Source: a virus (Duplodnaviria; Caudoviricetes). From it: a stretch of DNA of 53,015 bases. This document shows, piece by piece, positions 43,779 through 51,803 of this stretch; position 1 is the stretch's first letter; each line of letters opens with the position of its first letter. The translations under genes and the position numbers were made by a program. The stretch lies in the IMG/VR virus record IMGVR_UViG_3300006641_004726, positions 1 through 53,015 of that record; one strand, 5' to 3'. The notes beneath the pieces were generated by a model. The model ran no database searches. It had not been told where the DNA came from and worked only from the letters and a program-made list of their open reading frames with translations.

Positions 43779-44747
43779 CTACGGAGAATCGTGAAAAAGC
43801 CAGTTGGGGTCATGGCGTCTGTAGAACTCAGGTGAGAGGTGGACCGACTGAGGCTTCTCCATCCTTTCGGCGGCGTAGGTCTCAGGGTCCATAAGCAACC
43901 AGTCTTTCGGGTAGCTTATCCTCATCATATCATGATCCCTCATGAACTGGCGGATCTCCAGGACGAGATCGGCGCGCTCCTGAGGAGAACCCCAGAACGG
44001 TTGGCCCTTGTACCAGCCACTCTTCGGCAGTTTTCTTGCGGCCCACTCCACAGGCCACGGCGAGGCGTACTCGACCGTGATGCCGAGACTGTCGCCGAAC
44101 TCCTTCCACGCCAGGTAGAGTGCCTTCCAGTCTGTGGGAACACGGCAGAGGTGGTGACGCACGTCGATGTTGCCGAACACCATCGTGATGCCGATGATTT
44201 GTGGGCACTTCTCGAGGTGCTCCCTCACGTAGGCGAAATCGTCCTTGACCTGACCGAACAGAGTCTTGCCATTCTCCTTCACCACCATGCTGCCGTAGGA
44301 CGCCCACGCCGCCGTGTGACTATCGCCGATGGTCAACCACGGTAGTTCCAGATCGGTGGACCTAACCGTCTTGGCCTTGGCCTGCCACTCAGCCAGGGGC
44401 TCCAGGATGTCACGAGGCACATCCTTCCTTGACGCCAGCATCTTGGCGTAGTCTGGCATGTCGATGTCGAGGGACCACACCTTCTCGGCGAGCAGCGCAT
44501 TCCTGATCCTGAGGTCGAGCTTCTCGTCGTAGCCTCCAAACAGGTTCAAGCCGCCCCCGAAGTTCACGCCGTGATCGACGTAGATTTCCTTGAGCGGCTC
44601 GTTGTCGTGGTTGATGTCGAGGTTGAGGTTCTCAGCCCACGTTCTCGACCACCCGTACGTGTGGGAGGACTTCTTCTTTGTGAGCTTTTGGAAGACGCCT
44701 GTAATCTGAGGTGTCTCCCCAGTCTCGGAAGCTGCTGACTCGGTCAT
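43779..44747 (-). CDS. SGNH/GDSL-fold hydrolase/acyltransferase-like protein; start uncertain
   Basis: Block I LTIGDSH, block III FGNIDVRHH and block V-like QSVHL. The nearest ATG lies inside the PLP gene. Confidence 0.6.
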   Translation of the reverse strand: MTESAASETGETPQITGVFQKLTKKKSSHTYGWSRTWAENLNLDINHDNEPLKEIYVDHGVNFGGGLNLFGGYDEKLDLRIRNALLAEKVWSLDIDMPDYAKMLASRKDVPRDILEPLAEWQAKAKTVRSTDLELPWLTIGDSHTAAWASYGSMVVKENGKTLFGQVKDDFAYVREHLEKCPQIIGITMVFGNIDVRHHLCRVPTDWKALYLAWKEFGDSLGITVEYASPWPVEWAARKLPKSGWYKGQPFWGSPQERADLVLEIRQFMRDHDMMRISYPKDWLLMDPETYAAERMEKPQSVHLSPEFYRRHDPNWLFHDSP

Positions 44748-45570
44748 AGATGGTCTCGTCGTTGAGTGTGGGACTCTGGCCGACGTTCCAGAACAGGATG
44801 TCACGACCAGTGTTCTTAGGGATGTAGCGCCAAGCTTTCGCGTCGTAGGTGAGAACTGAGGGGAACGGCGGGTGGTCTTCAACCTTGACCGCCTTCGTGA
44901 AGGGCTCGGGAGCGGAGATGATGTCGGCACGACCGATCTCTCCGGATTTCATGTTGCGAGCGACCGCCACAGCGTGGAACTTGGCGTTGGGCCAAGCGAT
45001 CTGGAGTGCCCTGGTGAGAACCCCGGTCGAAACCACGGTCCAAACCTCCTCTGGCTCCGGGATCTTGAGCGCGGCATTGATGAGACCTGCGGTCACAAGC
45101 TCGTGCTTCAGACCGAGAGGAACGAAGTAGTGGCCGAACTCCTCAGCCCACTTCTTGGCGTAGCTGTTGAGTACAGGCATCGCTGCGATCCGGAAGAACC
45201 GAGCGTCGGCTCCACGCTCGATGCAACACGCTTGGTGGTGGGAGATCCGCTTTGAGGACGGCATGAAGAGGGTCAGGTCCTTGCCTCGACGTTTGCACAC
45301 ATCGAGCAGGCTCACACCGGCCAGACCGGTGCGTGGCTGGACGTACACAAGACGCTTCTCAGGGATGCGGGAAGCGAGTAGATCGCCCCCTCGAATCTTG
45401 GTGCCCACACTGAGATCGTCCCTCACCACTCTGACGCCGTCGTGAACGGTGATGACCGGGTCCGGGTATGGGCTGACGTAGTCACCGATCAGGTCGAGGT
45501 AGTAGTTGAGGGACTTCCCGTTCAGGAGATCGTTGTTGACGTTGTCAATGACGTGGTTGTCGTGAGACAT
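44632..45570 (-). CDS. PLP-dependent fold-type II enzyme
   Basis: VVRDDLSVGTKIRG (Schiff-base Lys), VVSTGVL phosphate loop, YDAKAW and LFWNVG. Confidence 0.8.
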   Translation of the reverse strand: MSHDNHVIDNVNNDLLNGKSLNYYLDLIGDYVSPYPDPVITVHDGVRVVRDDLSVGTKIRGGDLLASRIPEKRLVYVQPRTGLAGVSLLDVCKRRGKDLTLFMPSSKRISHHQACCIERGADARFFRIAAMPVLNSYAKKWAEEFGHYFVPLGLKHELVTAGLINAALKIPEPEEVWTVVSTGVLTRALQIAWPNAKFHAVAVARNMKSGEIGRADIISAPEPFTKAVKVEDHPPFPSVLTYDAKAWRYIPKNTGRDILFWNVGQSPTLNDETIYDRVSSFRDWGDTSDYRRLPKAHKEEVLPHVRVVENVG

Positions 45571-46706
45571 CTGGCTTTCTCCTGGTACTCTTCGACGGTG
45601 AGATTGGCTTGCTTGAGGATAGCGTCGTCGGATGGATGGTAAGCCAGCTCGTTGAATGAACTCACCAGTCCCAGGTCCAACATCGCCTTCTGACGACCGA
45701 AAGGGTGGTCCGTGATGGAGGATGAGTTCCAGATCACGTCGCGATCGAGGTGGTCGTAGTGGCTGCCGGGCTTGATGTAGTTCTCGACGTAGCGGATGTA
45801 GTCGCAGCAGACATCTTCCGCGTTGTAGGGCAGTGAGCCGGTCTCACGGTAGATCTCAAACATCACCTCGTCGAGGAAGGCCTCCTTAGGCATCTTCGTC
45901 TTGGGCTTGGCAAGATAGGAGATACACTCGATGGCGTTGGTCCCGTAGTAGAACGGGCTCTCACGGTCGACGTACTCTGGGAACCAGTCGGCGATGTCTG
46001 CGATGAAGGCCGCGTACTGGAACTTGTACTTCCTCAGTCCTTGCCTGACATTCCAGTCGAAAAGCCAGTCGCCCATCTCACGGAACTTCTTCGGCTTGCC
46101 TGTCCGAACCCAGTTGCAGAACTCACGGGCGATACACGGTGCGAAGTCACAGAGGTAGTAGTCACCGCCTCGTTTGTAGCCCTCAGGTGGCTTGGGGAAC
46201 GCCGGAAACTGGTAGCCCACACTGGTGTAGAACGGCTTGTTGTGAGTCTTCACGACTTCCGTCATCTCCTCGATGTTGTCGCACTCGTGGAGGTGGAAGA
46301 GCAGAGTGTTGTGGTAGCCGGAAGGAATCTTGGCGTAGTTGATCGCGGAGCCAGTCACACGGTGGAGAAGCAGGAGGTAGAACCAGTCCTCCTCCTCAAG
46401 CTCCTTGTTCGTCCAGTTTGTGGCGACTTCACGGCGCTGGTCAGTGACGAAGCCGGCCTCCATCTTCTCGCAGTATGGGTGGGAGTCCGTCCAACCGTAG
46501 AAGATGTCGTTGACGATCTGACTGAAGCCAGCGTACTTCCGCTCGACCACGTCGTAGAGCTCAACATTCTCCATGAGGGAATCCCCCACACCCGACTGGG
46601 CGTGAGGGACCGTTCCGAGATTGCATAGCTCCTGCTGCTTCTCGGCCTTCTTGTAGTACTCGAGGAAGTCCTCGAAGTACCGTGTGCGTTCGATGGTGGC
46701 GCTCAT
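45522..46706 (-). CDS. Helical DNA-base hypermodification protein (aGPT-Pplase/HhH-glycosylase-like)
   Basis: FQYAAFIADI...GTNAIECI...EDVCCDYIRY resembles the F..Y...D...GPG...E..LCE..KY pattern of aGPT-Pplase1 proteins. Remote similarity judged by eye plus context. Confidence 0.55.
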   Translation of the reverse strand: MSATIERTRYFEDFLEYYKKAEKQQELCNLGTVPHAQSGVGDSLMENVELYDVVERKYAGFSQIVNDIFYGWTDSHPYCEKMEAGFVTDQRREVATNWTNKELEEEDWFYLLLLHRVTGSAINYAKIPSGYHNTLLFHLHECDNIEEMTEVVKTHNKPFYTSVGYQFPAFPKPPEGYKRGGDYYLCDFAPCIAREFCNWVRTGKPKKFREMGDWLFDWNVRQGLRKYKFQYAAFIADIADWFPEYVDRESPFYYGTNAIECISYLAKPKTKMPKEAFLDEVMFEIYRETGSLPYNAEDVCCDYIRYVENYIKPGSHYDHLDRDVIWNSSSITDHPFGRQKAMLDLGLVSSFNELAYHPSDDAILKQANLTVEEYQEKARCLTTTTSLTTSTTIS

Positions 46707-47158
46707 TCGCGGTCGTAGTGTGCAGACTTGCAGTTGCCAGAGAGTTCGGCTGCGGGGTCTTGAGGCGCGGCCTCAGTGCCGTTCGTGATATGATCCTTGC
46801 GCTTGGAGTTGTAGGCCAGCTTCTGTGCGGCTGCCTCAGCGAACTCCTCACCGCTCACGCCGGCGTAGGCAAGAACCGCGCGGTGGAAGAGCAGGATATC
46901 AAAAAGTTCGGCGATGAACTCCTTGCGAAGCTTCTCGTTGTCCAGGAACGAGGGTTCGCCGATCTTCCAAGTGCGGCGAGGCACGTACACTCGTGCTTCG
47001 ATTGTCTCCTCGATGAGGTGGCCCAGGTGCTCGATGACCTTGGCGTGAACCTCGTCACGTGTGAGGTCGTCTAGCGGACCAGGAATTCCTGCGGCCTTGG
47101 CGTACTTCTGCTGGGACTCCCAGCCATCGTTGACGAACTTGGCGTAGTCGAAATCCAT
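46703..47158 (-). CDS. All-alpha MazG-superfamily dNTP pyrophosphatase (dCTPase/dUTPase-like)
   Basis: LIEETIEA...RRTWK...AELFDILLF...KLAYNSKR. Confidence 0.8.
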   Translation of the reverse strand: MDFDYAKFVNDGWESQQKYAKAAGIPGPLDDLTRDEVHAKVIEHLGHLIEETIEARVYVPRRTWKIGEPSFLDNEKLRKEFIAELFDILLFHRAVLAYAGVSGEEFAEAAAQKLAYNSKRKDHITNGTEAAPQDPAAELSGNCKSAHYDRE

Positions 47159-47180
47159 GTGGTGGGTGTGTTGTGGTAGT

Positions 47181-47186
47181 AGTATA
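47181..47186 (-). promoter_or_regulatory. -10 element for the modification operon
   Basis: TATACT followed by an A/C-rich leader (ACTACCACAACACACCCACCAC) and ATG 47158. Confidence 0.55.
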
Positions 47187-47192
47187 GCGGAC

Positions 47193-48383
47193 TCAGCGGT
47201 CCGGTGCGTAAGCCTTGAGCAATTTCTGAAGGTAGCCTGGAGGCTGGCCCTCAGCGTCTTTCCTTAGTGCGGAGACGTCAGCTGGCGAGAGCTTTTCGCC
47301 CCAACGCAGCTTTAGAAGGGCTCTCTGGGCTCCAACGGTGGGATAATCACCCCTACCACCTTTGCCAGTCCTTAGTCTGTAACCGCCTCTTGTAGAAGCC
47401 TTGTAGAGCAGCTTAAGCTCTTCACCCTTGGCTGTGGTGAGTAGTGAAGCTCTCTCCTCACGAGGGAGGATGGGCAACTCGGCTTTGTAGGCTTTGACTT
47501 CCCGCTGCTTCCGAGCGGCATTACTCTCGCCTTCGATGTGGAGACGCTTGACTTCGTCGTTGCTCATCCTAGCGTTATCACGAAACGCTTTGGACAGGCT
47601 GGCGTTCAGTACGGCCTCGGTTTGTTTTTGATCGGAGCCTCTCAGAGATGCCGAGATGCTTCTCTCCACGTCTCCCTTCCTCTGGTTGGCAGGGATCGAT
47701 AGCAATTGCCAGTTGGAGGGCTCGTCCTTCCCTCCCATGCTGAGAGGGATCTTATGGTCGAGTTGTAGTTCCCCTTTCCAGTCCCTGTGGACTCCTGTCA
47801 CGTCTCTCGAGTCGTGATCGATGATGAACTTGAGAACGGCCTCACCACGCTCTGCTCTAGATGCCCAACCGTGCTCCTTAAGAGTCCCTTCGCGCGGCTC
47901 ACCCTTGGAAGCAGCTTTTGAGATCGCGCTGGCATCCACCAGTTTGCGAATCGAATCCAGTGGTACATCACGAATAGGCTTGGCCGACTTGCCCGATTCA
48001 AAGAACTCGGCGTATTTGGCCGCTTCATCAGGCGGCATCAGCCCCGCATGCTTAGTCTTCTTTGGCTGTTTGCCTTGACTCTCTCCGATCTTACGCACGA
48101 GACGCACGAGAGACTCATCCCCAAGCTCACGAATCTGAGCCTCCTGGTTAGGGGTCATGACGATCTTTTTCTTGAGTTGGTTGACGATTGAATCACGCGT
48201 GGCCTCCTTTCCTTTACGGCAGGTGCCCGCAGTACCGTAGTATGAGCCGTCGTCACGCTGGCAGAGTCTGAAATCAAATGTATCGACGCACTCGGTGAAG
48301 TCCCAATCACCGAGCCATCTACTCATTTCAGATTGGTAGTCGCGAAGCGAATCGGCGCTGAACCCGCCCAGCATGTCAACCAC
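47193..48383 (-). CDS. HNH-domain protein with distinct N-terminal Cys-containing module
   Basis: LQLDHKIPLSMGGKDEPSNWQLLSIPANQRKG; N-terminal FDFRLCQRDDGSYYGTAGTCRKG. Confidence 0.75.
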   Translation of the reverse strand: MVDMLGGFSADSLRDYQSEMSRWLGDWDFTECVDTFDFRLCQRDDGSYYGTAGTCRKGKEATRDSIVNQLKKKIVMTPNQEAQIRELGDESLVRLVRKIGESQGKQPKKTKHAGLMPPDEAAKYAEFFESGKSAKPIRDVPLDSIRKLVDASAISKAASKGEPREGTLKEHGWASRAERGEAVLKFIIDHDSRDVTGVHRDWKGELQLDHKIPLSMGGKDEPSNWQLLSIPANQRKGDVERSISASLRGSDQKQTEAVLNASLSKAFRDNARMSNDEVKRLHIEGESNAARKQREVKAYKAELPILPREERASLLTTAKGEELKLLYKASTRGGYRLRTGKGGRGDYPTVGAQRALLKLRWGEKLSPADVSALRKDAEGQPPGYLQKLLKAYAPDR

Positions 48384-48400
48384 ATTTAGCGTGACGAGTC

Positions 48401-49096
48401 TTACCCGACCTGGAATAGCTCCATGGTGTTGTGGTTGAAGCCAGTCAGCTTCCCACTGAAGAAAGCGCCGCTGTCAAGGTTGACGCGGTTGTCGGTCACC
48501 TCGATCTTGCCGGGCTCGTCGAAGTCCGGCGTGTGGCCATGAACGACAAGGTCGACGCTTTTCACGCCTTTTGCGCCCTGCATGAGAAACGGCTGGCGGA
48601 TCCAGGTCATGTCACTGGCCGTCTGCTGCTCGAGAGGGACGAATGGCCTCAGGCCGGCATGAACAAAGACTGTGCTGCCCACACGCTTGAAGAGTGGGAG
48701 TTTGCGGATCCACTCCGCGTGGGGGCGCATCTCCTCGAGGGAATCGATCGCCCCGCCATTGTGGACCCACAAGTTGAAACTCCCGGACCAGTCAAATGGA
48801 TTACTGTCCACAGCATCCAGGAACATCTGCTCGTGGTTGCCACGCAGAACGTCGACACTGGCGAGACCGTACTGCAGTGGGTCATCCATCAGGGACTTCA
48901 CCACGTTGAGGACACGCACGTCGTCGCCCTTCTTCTGAGCGCGGTCGATGAGGTCGCCGAGGAACAGGAGGTGGACGCCGGTGCCGCGAAGCTTGCCGAC
49001 AAGCTCCCAGACCAAGTCAACACGACCGTGGACATCGCCAACGGCCACAAGGTCGCCAGGGCTGAAATTGAGTTGGTTGTTAAGTGTAGGTTTCAT
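48401..49096 (-). CDS. Ser/Thr protein phosphatase (metallophosphoesterase, lambda NinI-like)
   Basis: GDVHG, GDLIDR, GNHE, HAG and HGHT motifs. Confidence 0.92.
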   Translation of the reverse strand: MKPTLNNQLNFSPGDLVAVGDVHGRVDLVWELVGKLRGTGVHLLFLGDLIDRAQKKGDDVRVLNVVKSLMDDPLQYGLASVDVLRGNHEQMFLDAVDSNPFDWSGSFNLWVHNGGAIDSLEEMRPHAEWIRKLPLFKRVGSTVFVHAGLRPFVPLEQQTASDMTWIRQPFLMQGAKGVKSVDLVVHGHTPDFDEPGKIEVTDNRVNLDSGAFFSGKLTGFNHNTMELFQVG

Positions 49097-49116
49097 GGAT
49101 CTACTCCAGTAGCTCT

Positions 49117-49174
49117 ATCATACCAAAAATGGGGAGCCGAAGCTCCCCGAGTGGTCAGTTTACGAACTGTCACA
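49117..49174 (-). promoter_or_regulatory. Early promoter element, copy B, whose spacer is a terminator-like hairpin
   Basis: TGTGACAGTTCGTAAACTGACCAC, then GGGGAGC-TTCG-GCTCCCC-ATTTTT, then TATGAT. Confidence 0.78.
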
Positions 49175-49486
49175 CTAGTCAGGTCGCCCCTCATCAGGAC
49201 GACGTTTGAACCAGTTGTACAGGTCTTCGGGGTTTTGAGGTCCAACAAGGTGGTTAGAGGGGTCCGGGTCACCCAAGTCCATGGCGTTCATGAACTCATC
49301 GAGTGACCCGGCCTCACTCTTTCCCTGGATGGCTGTCCTCCTCGCTTTCCGGAGAATTGTGGCGGCCGACTGGTTGTGGTCAGCCCACTTCTGGATGAAC
49401 GTCATTTCCGAGAGGCTGACTTCGCCGCCATTGGCGATGCGATCAGCGATGAATTCGAGACGTAGGCGAACGTCGGTGGACAGCAT
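49175..49486 (-). CDS. Hypothetical protein of cyanobacterial/cyanophage type
   Basis: MLSTDVRLRLEFIADRI...MDLGDPDPSNH; family recalled, not searched. Confidence 0.7.
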   Translation of the reverse strand: MLSTDVRLRLEFIADRIANGGEVSLSEMTFIQKWADHNQSAATILRKARRTAIQGKSEAGSLDEFMNAMDLGDPDPSNHLVGPQNPEDLYNWFKRRPDEGRPD

Positions 49487-49497
49487 GAACCCTCTTA

Positions 49498-49644
49498 TCA
49501 GTAGATTGGGCAATTCTGCTTGGTTACGAGGCGTACCTCACGGATCAACTCAACCTTCTGCTCATGTGTGAGACTGGGATGAATGCGGATCCGAGAGATG
49601 ATGAAGTTGGCCTGCAGACAGGTCAGCAAAAGCGCTTCGATCAC
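49498..49644 (-). CDS. Small hypothetical protein (48 aa), below ORF-track cutoff
   Basis: GTG start: MIEALLLTCLQANFIISRIRIHPSLTHEQKVELIREVRLVTKQNCPIY; fills the gap exactly. Confidence 0.65.
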   Translation of the reverse strand: MIEALLLTCLQANFIISRIRIHPSLTHEQKVELIREVRLVTKQNCPIY

Positions 49645-49655
49645 AGACTTAAACC

Positions 49656-49901
49656 CTACTTATCGTCTTCCTTGGGAAGATGGAGCGATTTCTGAAGCTC
49701 TTCAGCGATGCGCCAGGCTCGGCGGTTGATCGCGTAGCGTGTCCACGGGGCTTCCGGGTGCATGCGGATCATCCAAATTGCCCTTTGAACGTTCAGTCCA
49801 AGACGCTTGGTCTGAAGAACCAGATACGGAGCGACGTTCTCATCTGAGACGAAGACATAAGCCAGGACCGCACTGGTCAGCCATATGTAGGGATTCAACA
49901 T
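49656..49901 (-). CDS. Small membrane-anchored hypothetical protein
   Basis: Hydrophobic N-terminus; GGGTAAAAC motif upstream. Confidence 0.7.
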   Translation of the reverse strand: MLNPYIWLTSAVLAYVFVSDENVAPYLVLQTKRLGLNVQRAIWMIRMHPEAPWTRYAINRRAWRIAEELQKSLHLPKEDDK

Positions 49902-49963
49902 GAGTGTCGCTCCTTGAGGGTGGGTTTTACCCGTTTACTGATTCTCTAAACTTCTTCAGAAGC

Positions 49964-50353
49964 TCAGTGAACTCGGTGGATATAGGCGTAGGTAGAGTCC
50001 CGCTGTCCCGCATCCCAAGCAGTTCCGAAGTCTCGGAACCGTCCGCTAGGATCGAGATCAGGGTCGACCGGATCGACAGGCGTTCCGCCAGGGATAACTC
50101 GCGTCGCATAAAGTTGAGCCTGAGCACGCTTCTTAGCAAGCTCTTCAGCGAGGAACTTCTTGAGCCTGGGATCGGTCGTCTTTTCGTACGCTTCCTGGAG
50201 GCGCGCAACCGCCTCCTCACGCTTCGGGATGCGAAGGTCATCCTTGCTCAGAATCTCTTTTGTGAGGTCGAGGGACCCAGGGCGACCCTGGACTTTGGCT
50301 CGTCCGAAGTTGCCTGTGTGGGTCCCTGTGGTGCGAAGTCCGTGGTTTGACAT
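49964..50353 (-). CDS. Hypothetical protein (129 aa)
   Basis: ATG 50353 (MSNHGLR) after an A/C-rich leader; no overlap with neighbours. Confidence 0.65.
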   Translation of the reverse strand: MSNHGLRTTGTHTGNFGRAKVQGRPGSLDLTKEILSKDDLRIPKREEAVARLQEAYEKTTDPRLKKFLAEELAKKRAQAQLYATRVIPGGTPVDPVDPDLDPSGRFRDFGTAWDAGQRDSTYAYIHRVH

Positions 50354-50375
50354 GGTGGTTTGTGAGGGAGTGGGC

Positions 50376-50570
50376 TCAGTCTTGGGCGATGGGCGCTTCA
50401 GGAGCGTCACCGGCGATAGGAACCGGAGCTTCCACTTCGATGTTGAAGTAGGCACTCAGGGTGTCAAACATCGGAGCATCGTCGCGGATGACCAGACCCA
50501 GACCGTCCAGTACAGTTGCGACAGCTTCAACGGTGGTCAGGGTTTCGGCGTTCAGCTTGTAGGCTTTCAT
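50376..50570 (-). CDS. Small hypothetical protein
   Basis: ATGA-coupled to the upstream gene. Confidence 0.6.
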   Translation of the reverse strand: MKAYKLNAETLTTVEAVATVLDGLGLVIRDDAPMFDTLSAYFNIEVEAPVPIAGDAPEAPIAQD

Positions 50571-50776
50571 TCGAATTCGAGGGTTTTGTTGGACTTGAGA
50601 GGCGGAGTATGGTACTTCGCCGGCTGACAGGTGGTGGTCATAGTGTGGACTGATGAGCGCACCTGCTCAGCCATTATACGATAACCAGTCCCCACGTACA
50701 CCTGGCCGCCGACCACGGCGACGGCCATAGCGCCCCAGAAGTAGTAGTACCACTGGGACTTCACTTGATGTCTCAT
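50567..50776 (-). CDS. Small membrane protein
   Basis: WYYYFWGAMAVAVVGGQVYVG transmembrane segment; ATGA-coupled. Confidence 0.7.
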   Translation of the reverse strand: MRHQVKSQWYYYFWGAMAVAVVGGQVYVGTGYRIMAEQVRSSVHTMTTTCQPAKYHTPPLKSNKTLEFE

Positions 50777-51801
50777 ACGGCGTAAAGCATATTGGATAGC
50801 TGACCGGCATTGAGGTTGCTGCCGGTGTAGACGGCCTCTAGAGCCCCTTTGTTGAAGATGCCCAGACCACCATCCACGGAGCCGACGGTGAAGCCACCAC
50901 GGGTTGCGCCTTGGATGTAGATGCGGTCGCCGCGGTTCAACTCACGAATGATGTCAGCTGTGTCGTCGGACTGCATGTACAGCTGGTCCTTACCAGCACC
51001 ACCATCGAAGGTGTTGAGGCCAGCCCCACCGTACAGCTTGTCGTTGCCAGCGTCACCTTGGAGGGTGTCGCCACCAGCGCCGCCAGTGAGCGCGTCGCTG
51101 CCACCACCACCAGCGAGCAAGTCGTTGGCTGAGGTTCCAGTGAGTCTGTCACGGGAGGCCGTGCCGTTGAAGGTCCGGTTGGTTGTGATGGATGTAGTCG
51201 TGTAGTTGTAGTTGACAGAGTTGTCCGTGTACACGAAGTTCTTGGTGGAATTATCCGTGAAGTTGACGGTGCCGTAGTTGACGAAGTTGTTGTTTCCGCT
51301 GATGACGAGCCCAGGAGTGGTTGGGATAGAGCCGGAGGGAGTCACCACCGAGTCGGTCGGTGTAGTGGGTGATGTGCCACCGTAGGTGACGTCGAAGTCA
51401 ACATCAAGTCCCATCGCCGCAACCTCAGCGGTTTGGTAGTACTTCATGTTGCCCACTTGGTCAACGACCAGCAGAGTCTCCACAGTCCATGTGCCAGCCT
51501 CGCTGTAAGGTGCAATACGAGCTGTGCCAGCGTAAACTCCGTCGGTCGGTGTGCCGTCAATCAGCTGATAGCCTGCCAGCATCACGTCAACGAACTGATT
51601 GCCTGAAGGGCTGCGAAAGCGGATCTGTGTCGGGCTAGATGTGTAGCCTTCTCCAGCGTTTCCTGACAGGTCGTCGGTGATGTGCGCGGTGACTTGGAGG
51701 ACACCGGCGCTGTTGCCGACCAGATTGACCGTCTGCTTGTTGAAAGTCCACGACTGAACCACGGGGACAGTGGTATCGCCGGCGTTAGGTACGAATGCCA
51801 T
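50773..51801 (-). CDS. Protein with RTX/hemolysin-type Ca-binding repeats
   Basis: Tandem GGxGxDxLx nonapeptides (GGGGSDALT, GGAGGDTLQ, GDAGNDKLY, GGAGKDQLY). Confidence 0.85.
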   Translation of the reverse strand: MAFVPNAGDTTVPVVQSWTFNKQTVNLVGNSAGVLQVTAHITDDLSGNAGEGYTSSPTQIRFRSPSGNQFVDVMLAGYQLIDGTPTDGVYAGTARIAPYSEAGTWTVETLLVVDQVGNMKYYQTAEVAAMGLDVDFDVTYGGTSPTTPTDSVVTPSGSIPTTPGLVISGNNNFVNYGTVNFTDNSTKNFVYTDNSVNYNYTTTSITTNRTFNGTASRDRLTGTSANDLLAGGGGSDALTGGAGGDTLQGDAGNDKLYGGAGLNTFDGGAGKDQLYMQSDDTADIIRELNRGDRIYIQGATRGGFTVGSVDGGLGIFNKGALEAVYTGSNLNAGQLSNMLYAV

Positions 51802-51803
51802 GA

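Noticed and set aside
49927-50241. 104-aa alternative-frame ORF
   Set aside because: It overlaps the better-supported 49964-50353 gene and has Arg/Ser-rich off-frame composition.
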